64,000 nt of DNA from Adineta vaga (lineage: Eukaryota; Animalia; Rotifera). The DNA lies in the NCBI GenBank assembly GCA_021613535.1, contig CP075496.1:5766001-5830000 (forward strand). The letters run 5' to 3'. Of this stretch, positions 12,163 to 24,259 are shown piece after piece (the first letter of the stretch is position 1; each line of letters begins with the position of its first letter). The notes below the pieces were generated by a model that worked only from the letters and a program-made list of their open reading frames with translations, had not been told where the DNA came from and made no database searches. The position numbers and the translations under genes were made by a program.

Positions 12163-15100
12163 ATGTCGGCTCTTAACAATTCCAAACGTTCATTAAATTC
12201 ATCATCAAATTCGGATACATCACCTTTAAAGAAGAAGGCAAAAATTGCATTGAAAAGAAATTTTACAAATTCATCGTCGTCGAGTGATGGTTTCGATATT
12301 CCAGTGGTATTGTTATTTTCTTTTGTTCACTGATATACTGTCACGTTTAGAGAATTTAAGAGTGTTCTGAATCGAATAGTAGAAGAAGCGGAGAGTTCGA
12401 CTGTTTCATTTCCTTTTGAGATACTTACTTGATTTGTAAGCTTTCTTAAACGTATTTTTATATTTACTTCTGATATTAGTGTTCAACAAGTCGGGTCAGT
12501 TCTTCTACTGTTTCAAAACCACAAGTATCCGTATCACAAACAGTAAAACCGACCGAAATATCGCCACCCACATCAGTTCAACCACCGCCAGCGCCACCAC
12601 CAGCACCATCATCAACTCGTATTCAAATTCAACGTTCATCATCATCTTCTTCTGATGATGATGATGATTCCAATGGCAGCGATGAAATTGTCACAAAGCG
12701 AACTCGTCAACGACGAAAAAAACCTACTCCTTCGAATGAACGTTCAACTATTTTAAAACAAATGAAACGTAAAACTGAAGAAAAGAAAAATTCAACTGTC
12801 ACAACAGAATCGCCTCCAAAAATTCGAGATAAAAACAACAATACAAGTCATAGTGAAAATGAGAAAGGTCTTAATGGTACGAAGAAATGTTCATTTCAAT
12901 TTAGCGATGATGACGATGACGATAGAAATCATCCTCATCTCAGTAATAAGAAGAAGAGTGATGATGATGATGATGGTGGTACTACTGAAAGTTATGAAGT
13001 TGATGATGATAATGAAGATAAACATACAACTAAAAATGGCACTATTAAAACTGAACATAATACTGATGATGATGATGATGATGATGATGAAGATGCAGAT
13101 AATTCTCCAAACAAACGTAAAAATGGCCATATTGGCCGAAAAAATATTCGAAAAATTATCGACGATAAAGAATTAGATACTCAAACTAAACATGCTGTCG
13201 AAGCTGAATTAGAACGTCGTAAACGTATTGCTGAAAAACAAAAAGAATACAATGATACACTACTTGACCAAACGAAATGTAATTCCATGAAAGAAAATGA
13301 TCAATTAAATCCTTCAAATCATCGTCTAATTCTTGAATTAGATCAAAAAACCAATGAACCATTAATTGAAGTATCACCAAAATTAGTTCATCAATTAAAA
13401 CCACATCAATGTGATGGAATAAGATTTCTTTGGAATAATGTTTTTGAATCTATTGATGCAATTCAAAATAAAAAACATAATGGAAGTGGTTGTATTTTAG
13501 CACATTGTATGGGTTTAGGAAAAACTTTACAAGTTATTAGTTTTATTCATACAATTTTTAATTACGATCAAATAACGAATGTTAAACGATGTCTTGTTCT
13601 TTGTCCCATCAATGCTGGTAAGATAGATGAAAGGATTATTGAGTTGAGAATTCATTTTGAATTTTACTTTTCTAGCTTTGAATTGGTCAAATGAATTTGA
13701 ATATTGGTTAAATGAAGTTGAACCACCAGTTGATCATTATCAATTAACAACTATAAAACCAAATTTACGTGTAACACATATGAATTATTGGTACGAACAT
13801 GGTGGTGTTATGATCATGGGATATGAGATGTATCGACGTTTAGCAAATGGTTTTGGTTTGAAAAATAAAAAGACAAAAGCCCAAGCATACAAATGTCTTG
13901 TAGATCCTGGACCAGATATTATTGGTAACATCTTCTATGTAATTCTTCTATAATTTTGTATGTTTGTTTAGTTGCTGATGAGGGACATATTTTAAAAAAT
14001 GCTCAAACAGCACTTGCCAAATGTTTATCTAAAATAAAAACATCTCGTCGTATTGTTTTAACTGGTACACCATTACAAAATAATCTTATTGAATAGTAAA
14101 TTTTCAGTTGAAATAATTTTGTTCTGATTTTATAAATTTTCATGTCTTTTAGTTATTGTATGGTTACATTTATCAAACCAAATTTACTCGGTAGTCAACA
14201 AGAATATATCAATCGTTTTGTTAATCCCATTCAAAATGGTCAACATCGAGATTCGAATGAACAAGATGTTCGTTTAATGAAACGACGTGCATGTGTTTTA
14301 CATGAACTATTAACAGGTTTTATTGATCGAAAAGATTATTCGTTATTAAAAAACTATTTACCACCAAAATTTGAATATATTATTAACATACGTTTAAGTG
14401 ATTTACAAACAAACTTATATGACTTATATTTAAAACGACAACAGCAACAACAGGGAAATGTATTAATAGTAAAAAAAGATTTTAAATCAGCGAAATTATT
14501 TGCTGATTATCAATATTTACAAAAAATTTGGACGTAAGAAAATACGAATGATTGAATAAGTAATAGTTGTTGATTTGTTTTAGACATCCATTTTTACTCT
14601 ATCCACATTTTATTGATCATTGGAAAAAACGAATGAATCGAGATGATGATCTCATTGATGATGGAGAATTAGAAGCAATGTTTACAGATGAAGATGATGA
14701 AATGGAAGAAATGAAGAAAAAGACCAAAAAGAAAACAGAGGCAAAAAAGACGGAATCAAAGAAAAATTTTAGTGGCTTTTTAATTGATAATGTTGGTGAT
14801 GAAGATGAAGAGATGGAAACCTCAACAAATCATAATGGAAATTCAAAAATACAAAAACGAACTACTTCGAAGTCATCTAATGGTTCGTCAGTAACAACAG
14901 TAGGAAAACATTCACATAGCAATGATGATGATGACGACGACGACGACGACGACGATGATGATGAAGAAGTTATTCCTGGACATGATTCCGATGCAAAATC
15001 CAAAGCAAGCGATGATGATGATAAAGTTGAAATCGTGAAAAACTATCGAACACGAAGTCGAACAGCAGCAAATAAAGAAAAACAACAAGCATTAAAAAGT

Positions 15101-16684
15101 TCTAATGGCAAAAATTTGAATTCAGATATTTTTGATAGTGGTAATGATAATATTCGCTTGAATGAATCAACAGATGATGATCAACAAGACAATTCTGATG
15201 AACCATGGTTAAATGAAATGCGTGAACAATTCTGGTTTCCATTCTTAGATATGTTACCAGATGCGAGTGAATTCGATACGGAATTAAGTGGAAAATTTCT
15301 CTTATTGAAATCTATTCTGGATAAATGTTCGGAAATTGGTGATAAAATTCTTCTATTTTCACGTAGTTTATATACATTAAATTATATTGAACGATTTTTA
15401 TATTATTTACAAATACAAAATCAAGAAGAATATCAAAAGAAATGTGAAGCTAGAAGACAATTACGTCAGATTCTTTCTTCAAATGAAAATAATAATCCTT
15501 TATATGAATATATTCCACAACCAATAGAATGGATACGTGATCAAGATTATTTTCGTATGGATGGACAAACAGATGTTTTAACAAGAAAACGTTATGCAAA
15601 TGCATTCAATGATGAAACAAATTTACGAGCAAGATTATTTTTAATATCAACATTAGCTGGTGGCATCGGAATTAATTTAGTTGGCAGCAATCGAGTTATT
15701 GTATTCGATGCAAGTTGGAATCCAAGGTAAATTGTTGTAATACATTTTAAAACTGTATCAACATGAATAGAACTTTTCATTCATCGTTTTTGATACTATC
15801 AGAGAGAATAACGTAAATTTGAAACTAAGTTATTTTATCGTTTCGTAGTCATGACACTCAAGCAATATTTCGATCGTACCGTTTTGGTCAAAAGAAACCT
15901 GTTTATATCTATCGTTTTTTGGCGCAAGGTACCATGGAAGAAAAGATCTATCAACGGCAAGTTGTTAAACAGTCTTTATCTCAACGGTAATACTTTCAAC
16001 TATTTCAAAAGGAAGAATAAAACTGTTTTCTTTTTCAAATCTCGTTTAGAGTGATAGATGATCATCAGTTAGATCGTCACTTTACTGAAAATGATATTAA
16101 AGAATTATATAAATTCACTCCGGAACAATTGCCCGAATCACGTCCAACATCCAATACAGCTTTTAATTATTCCATTCCAAAAGATCATCTATTACTTGAT
16201 CTTTTATATGAACATAATCGATGGATACATTCTTATCATTCACATGATTCCTTACTTGAAAATAAACTCGATGAAGGTCTTAGTGAAGATGAACGACGAC
16301 GAGGTAGATAAAAATTTGTTTTTAGTTTTAATTTCATTCTATTTTTTCCTTCGCGTCAATCTAGCGTTAGAAGAATATGAAAATTTAAAACGTTTACCTG
16401 ATCATCGACAATTAACAGCACAACGTCTAAATCAACAACAACAACAATTAACAGCATCATCAGCAATGATTCAACTTCCACAACTTCAACAGATGTATCT
16501 TGATCTTTTTCGATCAATGTCAACTGAAGATCAACAAGCATTTGATTATACAAAAATGCTTCAGTACGCATATGAACTTGGTTTAACAACTGAAACGACT
16601 TCAACTTCAAAACCAACAACTAATTCAAGTGAAGTTGTCGTTTTAGAGAGCGATGATGAAGATGCAACTGATAATGCCGAATGA
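12163..16684 (+). CDS. ATRX: ATRX/XNP-type SNF2 chromatin-remodelling ATPase, no ADD domain visible
   Basis: [12 protein letters not shown]...E.ERRKRI; [13 protein letters not shown]; [18 protein letters not shown]; [19 protein letters not shown]; [10 protein letters not shown]; [14 protein letters not shown]; SGKF..L; YFRMDG; [28 protein letters not shown]; [15 protein letters not shown]; PKDHLL..HSHDSLL. All typical of ATRX. Confidence 0.92.
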
Positions 16685-18910
16685 ATTTATTTAACCTATT
16701 TAATTCTTAGCCACAAACACATACATGTCAGATAATGCATATAATTTACATTTCAATTCTTTTTTTTTTCTTGTTGTTATTCTTCTTCTTGTATATGTTT
16801 ATAATAACACAATTGTCTTTCGATGATTGACTTTTCTCTTTTCTCTCTGTCTCTTTACGTTGTGACATATTCTTTCTTTTGTTTAAAATAACTCGTTTTC
16901 TTTTTGATATTATATATTTAGGAAAAAAAACCAAGACTACAATTAAAATAAATTTTGAAAAGAAATCTTAACAGAAAAATTCAAAAGAATGTTGATTGTT
17001 CTTAGACAAATTTGAATTCGAATGTAAATGTACATTCTAAGAATAAGAATCGATAGCAACGTTTTTCTTCTTCTGTTCATTTCTTTTTTCAGTTACATCT
17101 ACACCCTCACATAATTCACTTACACATGGCGTAAACACTATTGAAACATAGCATAACTAAATTACTGTACAAGAAAATAAGCAGTAAATATGTTTATTGA
17201 ATAGCAAAAGTGAAAACCATTGCAGTATCGACCAAAGAACTATGCATTAATAATTGTCAACGTTTCTAATAGAAAGCGTAATATTTTTTAAAACTACAAC
17301 ATCATGGTGATACCTCTAAGAGGGAAAGACAACTATCGAAAAACAATACACGTTGTTCATTGATAGCATTGACTAGATACAACAAACTATCAGCAATGAT
17401 ATGTTGAAAGGATGAGCTATTCGTTCGTTTCTCATTTACAATGCTATAGAGTACAAATGTGATGAATAAGCTGAAACTAGTAGCTATTGCTATTTGTAAA
17501 TGATTGTTCATTCTTATAATTTGTCTGATTAATTCAATGTGTATGCATATGTGGTAATTGAAATGTAGCATTCATTGATATTGACATTAGCTTGCACTTT
17601 GTTTGAACTATTTCTTGATATTCTTCATATAACAGCAATACTTTAGCGGACATGAAATAGGAAAAGATAGCTGTGCATATTCATGTATTATTCAATTAGT
17701 GTTGAAGTGATTGAAACGATGAAAAACATCAAACTCATTTCAAAACGATTGTATCTACAGACTATATTCGATTTTCAACTCTTGTATTATTCTCTAGGAA
17801 AAAAGTGATTTTATGCTCGTCAATCATCAATACGTTGTAATGGTAATACTCGCAAAAAACGATGCTTATTTGAACTTTAAACACCTACTACGGCTATAGA
17901 ATCGGCGAATGCTCAAATCTGGCTGATACATCGTTTTTTACTTTGAATCTAACGCAGTCTTCCAATGTAAATAAGTTATGTTTTGTTTTGAAGTTTTATC
18001 TCATTTTCAAAGATACATCTATAGTGAAATGTATTGTGAAAAGATGATTATGTACCGTGTTTAGTTTCGTCTTGAATTATCCAGTTTTATATACTATTTT
18101 CAATATGAATCAATGAAACAAATTCTAACAGAATTCTCTTTTTCTTCCCTATCATATTTAATAAATACATATCATCTCAAAAACGAATCTTCTAGTTTTC
18201 TGAAGAAATCAATTCATCAGAATTAAATAGACGTTGTACATTCAACTAATAATAGTTAAAAGATTCTAAATAATTTATCTCACATTCAAGCAAAATAAAA
18301 ATATAATCTACAGCACTTATGAAAGATAATGTATCGTGCTTTAAAAGGATTTAACGACTGATTTTTCAGAGCGATAAAAACATTCTTTATATTAGTTTAT
18401 TTTTTCATAGAAGATTTTACGATAATTTAATCGATCACTGTTTAAATAGATATTTTGTTTAGATTATGATATTGTTTTAGAAATATCTAGACGTTTCTTC
18501 AAGCGAGGTTTTATAATCGATTTTCACCTTTGATAAAGCTGTCAAGATTGCTTTTATTATTTAGATAAAAGCAAAATAAATCGAACAGTAAGATGTATAT
18601 GTATGAATACATCTTATTATTCGAATAATAAATAATTCGACATATAATTATCGTTAATTAGATTTTTTTTATTGTTATTAATCAAATCAAATCTTTACCT
18701 TGCATTGTCAAGTAATAAACAATCGTTGAAAGCTTTTGTTGGTATTTTGTATTAGTGCAAAAAGTATATTTTTTTGTTTTATAACGATATGATCAATAGT
18801 TTACTGCTGTATTTCATTCTCAAACTAAATGTCGAAAACTTTGATCAATTAACCCTCAATGGAAGAATTATATAGAGAAGAAAATAGTAATGAGATTAAT
18901 TCATTTTTAT

Positions 18911-19905
18911 TCAATAAACATAAACATATAAATAAATAAATAAAATATAAAAATAAGTTTTGAAAGAAAAAATTGAATGAGCAGCTGATATTGGATCTTC
19001 ACGTGGGAAACTTCGATAAACTTTTCGTCCATAAATTGGTTGAGGACCACGAAAATCTTTCGCAAAGATATGATCTCGCAAATAAAGAAAATAGCTGTCT
19101 TCTAATACAATCGAATCTTTAAATAAAGTCCATATAACACCTTCAGTACACGGTGGTACTGTTAGTGAACCTGAATATCGCCAATAGTTTTCCGTATTTT
19201 CGGGGAATAACGACGCTAAATTTAAACTAAGTGCCATCGTATCATCAGTTTTAGTCAATTTGCCAGACTGTGTAAGATAGTTTTCCCAATTTGTCAATGT
19301 TGAATTTTCAGTTATTGATGTGTCTCGTTTTCGTCTTCTTACATGTGTTGCATTTATATTTTTTACACTCTGTATAAAAATACCAAGTACAGCTAGTTGA
19401 TTTGTCACTGTATGTCTATGAACTAAATGCAATTCAGCAGTAAATTTATTTCCATTGCTGAAACGCAAAGCAATCAGTATAGATATTAAGAATATTGTTA
19501 AATTATTCATTAGACTTACACTTGATGTTCACTTCCAGATTTGTAATTTTCACCCCAATGCAGATGAAAATTAACAAACTCATAAGTTCCATATAAACCA
19601 CCTCCTTGGAAAGCAATAGCAGATGTATCGTTATCTATATATTCTCCTAGAATTGTATGGCCAGTATTGGCAAGTGTAAAATTTTGTGTTACATTATAAG
19701 CTGATGTAAATCGAAATTTTGTAAATTCTATATATTCAGTAGTTTGTGTATCAACATCAATTGGTGATTGAGAACGACCGGCACATGCTGGATAAGAATC
19801 ACTCCAAACATCAGGACCTTGATCACTATAATTCCATTCTTCAGCAACAGTCGATTGAGAAAGAATAATTAAAAACATAAAGAGATTGATGATCGAAAAA
19901 TCCAT
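18911..19905 (-). CDS. Alpha-carbonic anhydrase 1 (signal peptide, hydrophobic C-tail, probably GPI/membrane anchored); intron 19458-19519
   Basis: WNYSDQGPDVW, QSPID, GHT, FHLHWG, GSEH, ELHLVH, YWRYSGSLTVPPCTEGVIW, DFRGPQP. All three Zn-binding His present. Confidence 0.95.
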
Positions 19906-22398
19906 TATGTATCTTAACACTCAAAATGAAAAAGGCGTGCGCTTTCAATTGGGTTTTGATTGTAGATGAATACGATAACGGAAAAGCGCACCTGTTTATA
20001 TCTCGATCGTTGAAACAAATAAATGTTGACGTTTGAGAAAAAACAATCTATGTTTCATTTTAAATCATCTGTTTAGAAAGTGAGCGATCGATTATCGCGA
20101 TTTTCAAAGCATCTATTCACCTGTATAGGATAACCATTATCTGTCATTTTTCGTACTTTGTCTCTTTTATACTAGAATTAATTGATTTTGATGTTTGCAT
20201 TTGATTATTATATTCTTTCGTTGCACATTTCGAGATAGCTGTTAAAACTATAACGGGGTAGTATTATTGCATTTCATATAACAAGTAACGCTCATCCTCT
20301 GGATTCGCTGACCCTTTTCTGAAAGAATGATAAGAGTCCTCAGCAAAGTCATAAAGCGGAACCTGGAGCTGACCGAATCAGGATCCAACCAAACTTTATA
20401 CATAAAAGCCTTTTAAAAGTGTTTTCATCTTTTCATTCTTTCAAAATATCATCAAATCATTTATAGAAAGAGAAAAGAAAAGACAAATACTGTTTGTAAA
20501 CATTCATGGAATTGATTGCTTTATATTTCTCAAAACTGCATCACCCGTGCTTATTTTCCTTCCTATAAAGCTCTTAAACAAACGTCTAATCGCTAATACG
20601 CATGGTCTTTTTTCTAATTTCCTTTCTATTGTATGAGTGTAAGGGGAAAGATTCGCTCATCATGTCAGATTATTTCGTAACCGAAGACTAAAGAACTTCC
20701 CATGAAGACGTCATTTTCAGGAAAAAAAAATTGTCGGATTCGTTCTCGTAGATCATCAATTAAGCGCCTCCCAACAAACGTCCAAATCACGTGAAAGTAA
20801 TACAAATCGATATTCTGAAGTGTTACTCTCTAAATCAACGTCTAGTCGTTCGTCGGCCTCCCTCTGGTCAGCCACTTACGGCTAGCCGTTACCATAGACG
20901 CCTTTATTGTTTCGTCTGCTTTTGATTCATTTCTCAAACGAATAAGTGAATTCCTTTAGTTCTCCTTTTGAAAAGGCACATGCTTTGTATTACTATGATT
21001 CTTGGAAAGAAAATAGAAAGGCCAGGTACTATTTCATGAGTAGCTAGAATCAGAGAATATTTGACTATAGAATAGTTTTTTCCATGTTTTGAAATGTTAT
21101 TTCCATTTTTGACGCACAGCTAGATCCATCAAAACAACTGCAAACATCCATCTGGATTTTATACACATATTTCTTGTAAAAATTCTATCAGATGATCTGA
21201 TGTATTATAGTCGACTACGCAAAGATGTTTAAAGAAAGATCACAAAAGTATCGCACCTATTCTGTTGATTGCCTGGAGTGCAGTTTTTTTTATCAATTTC
21301 TTACTGAATTCTATACTCAGAATTCGTAAATGATGCCAATGGCACACAGCCCACGAACACCAGGCCATTCATTAGTGGCTATTACCATTTTAAAAAGAGC
21401 TATACACTGGCATATCTATCTTGGAGAGAAAGACAAAAGACAATAGTGGAGTCGATTAGGTAGAACTGACATCAGATTCAAATTCATTACTCTCGTTAGT
21501 TTTCGATAGAACTTGAACAAACACTCATGAAATATTGAGTTTTCTGGGAGGGAAAGATAAAAACAGGTCTCAGATAAACAATTCATCAAAAACTAACATT
21601 GCTTTCGAGATCCTCGACTTCGATTACCCTTTCATCAACTCTTACATGGTAGTATAATAACTTTTAATTAGTTAATTAGAATTTCGAAAAGCTAACACCA
21701 GAATCGTGATCCTCGCCCCCGATTACCCTTTGGTCCACCCTTACTCGACAGTTTCATAGTTAATGATTTCTTAACGAGGTAATTAGATAACTAACTAAGT
21801 GGTATCTTGTAAAACTAACACTAGAATCGTGTTCCTCGACCTCGATTGCCTCTTGATAATCGTTTCATAATGGACGTAGGTAAGTTCTTGTCGTTGAATC
21901 AAATGCTATATTCTGATTGGATTAGAGAAACCATAAAAACTCTTTGTCTTAAAAAATTGTATAGATAGTTTTTTTTAAACTAACGGCAGATTCGGATTCC
22001 TTGACCTTGATTACCCTTTGATGACTCGTCTTCTAATCAGTATGAATAAGTTATGGTTAATTTATCGAATGCTGTTTCCTGATTGGCTTGGACAAACAAA
22101 CTTTAAGCATTTTAGCGACCCTATTTAACGATCCTATAACCCTTTCTTACAGAAAAGGGAATAAATATGTACAAAATTTTTCTACGTGCTTTTTCAGTAC
22201 TGTACTTTCTTTTATTAATTTGGTGAAAAGTCATAAATAGAGTTGATTAGAAAGAATTTACTCGTTAATCTGTGCATGTAATCGTTATTTTATTTACAAT
22301 ATTCGATTTCAGATCGATTGAAAATTACAATAATGTTTTGTAAACAAATCAATTCCGCAAAAGTTCAAAGTAATGATCCTTGCATTTATTCATATGTT

Positions 22399-22759
22399 CC
22401 CAGGTCGATCAATCCGATCGGATCCCATGCCGGATTCTATCGAAATCCGATGATCCGACAATATCCTATCGAATTCCTGGTGACGGAATCACTCCGGATT
22501 CTGTCGGTTGCGGATCCAATTGCATCCAACACAGGATCCTATAGTTTCCAAAAAACGGATTTCGACGGATCCGATAGGTGGGCATAAGACCGTAATAAAA
22601 TATAACTAAAAAGAACGCTCATAAAATATGCAGCTTCCGACGGAAATTTTACTGACGGAATCTAATACAGATCCGTCACCAGGAATCCGATAGGGTTTTG
22701 TAGGAACGTTGGATCCTATAGGGTCCTATCGGATCCAATATTGGATTTGTCGACCTGGG
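22399..22759. mobile_element. MITE with CCCAGGTC terminal inverted repeats and GGATCC/ATCCGA-rich palindromic interior
   Basis: CCCAGGTCGATCAATCCGAT at 22399 vs reverse complement of the right end, CCCAGGTCGACAAATCCAAT. Internal inverted pair CCTATCGAATTCCTGGTGACGGA / TCCGTCACCAGGAATCCGATAGG. More GC-rich than the flanks. Confidence 0.85.
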
Positions 22760-22867
22760 TATATATTTTTTCACAAGCCCCAAAATAATGTAATCAAATT
22801 TTTTTTTTGTGTTGATTTGATGAAAATTTATTTTCGTTTTTTCAGGTGATTCATATCACTCTCGATT

Positions 22868-23159
22868 CCCAGGTCCAACAAAACGGCGTCGTAAACTGTC
22901 TTAAACGGTAGAAAAATGGTGAAAAACGGCGAAAATCGGGGCTAATACTTCGCCGTAATCCGTTAACCCAGAAATGTATAGAAATACAGTGTAAAAAGAT
23001 GGTCGTTTCGTAGAAAGAAACGGCCGAAAACGGCAGTCGTCATCCGGAATAACGTAGTACGATGAAATGAGGTGAAAATTAAGGCAATAAATTGTCGTTT
23101 TCTGACCGTTTCTGGTCGTTTGAGGCGCTGTTTTCGACCTTAGAAATGATTGACCTGGG
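22868..23159. mobile_element. Second MITE with CCCAGGTC termini, AAAACGG-type subterminal repeats and a 2-bp TT target-site duplication
   Basis: TT-CCCAGGTC at 22866-22875 and GACCTGGG-TT at 23152-23161. AAAACGG-like motifs in the left arm and CGTTT in the right arm. Confidence 0.8.
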
Positions 23160-24259
23160 TTGCTTTCATGGTGAGAACAATACAATACGCCTCAAGAATG
23201 GTGCTGAAGAAGATAAATTAATCAGAGTGATCGACAATGATGGATTCATGTAAATGCTCTTTATTGTAAGTATGAATTATGTACAAATTAACATAATTTA
23301 ATATCAAAAATTTTAGAACGATATCCATCCTGGACGGAATTTAAAACTTGAGAAAGATATGTTTGTCTTCAAAATCAGTAAGAAATACCAGTAAGATATT
23401 TTGCACACTATGGAATGGAAAATTAGTGAGTTCGCATTTTAGATATAAAAACGAACAAGATTTTGATGAGAAACTTTTGAAATTTTTGGACTTGAAAAAA
23501 CAATAATGTTCTTCTTCGATTTTTTTTCTTCTTATTTGTTAATCAAGCAAATTTCTTCTGCTTCTTCTTCTTCTCTCTTATTATTTCTTTCTTTTTATTT
23601 CAAATAGACCAACAACACCAATGCTTTGTTTAGATTTAGAAAATTTAACATTTAAAGACGGAAAAATAAATATTTTAAATTTAGAAGAAGATTATTCGAC
23701 ATCCTCGACCTCGATTACCCTTCGATCAACCCCTACTCGGCATGACCATTGTCAATTGTTCACTAATTAGTAAATTAGCTAATTAGCTAATTAACTCATT
23801 AGTCAATGTAAATTTTTAAAAACTAACATCAGATTCGAGATCCTTGACCTCGATTACCTCCTAGGGTAAGATTCCATTATCACCCTGCTTCGTTTTGTCA
23901 TTTTACTGAATGCTGCATTCTGATTGGTTAGGACAGACAGACAAACTTTATGCATTTCAAGCCGCTGATTTTAACGCTGTATAACCCTTTCTTTCAGAAA
24001 AGGGAATAAAAATATTGATATACGATACCTCCGGTTTTAATATCAATTGCTGACTGTACACTTGATCGATGCAAAAACAACCCGAGTATTTTATATAAAG
24101 GATTAGAGAATTATTGTTGCTCTCGGTTTTATTTTTTTAAAGATATGGCCAATTTATTTTCAAATTATATATTAAACTGTTTCTCTTCCTATTATTAAAA
24201 CATATTGCGAAGGGCTTTTGCGGCGAAAAAATTTAAATGCGATTGTGAAATTCTAGATA

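Larger units (their letters stand above)
20280..24010 (-). mobile_element. Non-autonomous Helentron-associated (HINE/DINE-1-like) composite element: two 5' ends (24010 and ~22165) and one 3' end (~20280)
   Basis: Minus-strand 5' hairpin TTATTCCCTTTTCTGAAAGAAAGGG followed by a (GTCT)n microsatellite. Perfect 16-bp subterminal inverted repeat at 20312-20327 vs 23989-24004. Short imperfect 3' hairpin ending CTTGTT. Internal ATCCTCGACCTCGATTACC-type repeats at ~21605, 21700, 21825, 21990, 23695, 23832. Confidence 0.7.

Noticed and set aside
12853-13176. ORFs with poly-Met or poly-Ile runs overlapping ATRX
   Set aside because: They are alternative-frame and antisense translations of the (GAT)n poly-Asp tracts.
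17130-17660. Hydrophobic minus-strand ORF fragments resembling a decayed 7TM receptor
   Set aside because: Multiple stops and no diagnostic GPCR motif. AT-rich DNA gives such hydrophobic translations by chance.
21590-22030. Spaced direct repeats that could be read as a CRISPR array
   Set aside because: Repeats are degenerate with irregular 100-160 bp spacing, the context is eukaryotic, there are no cas genes, and they fit the internal repeats of the Helentron-like element.
22318-23185. ORFs 22318-22587 (+) and 22901-23185 (-)
   Set aside because: They lie mostly inside the GC-richer MITEs and show no transposase or other motifs.
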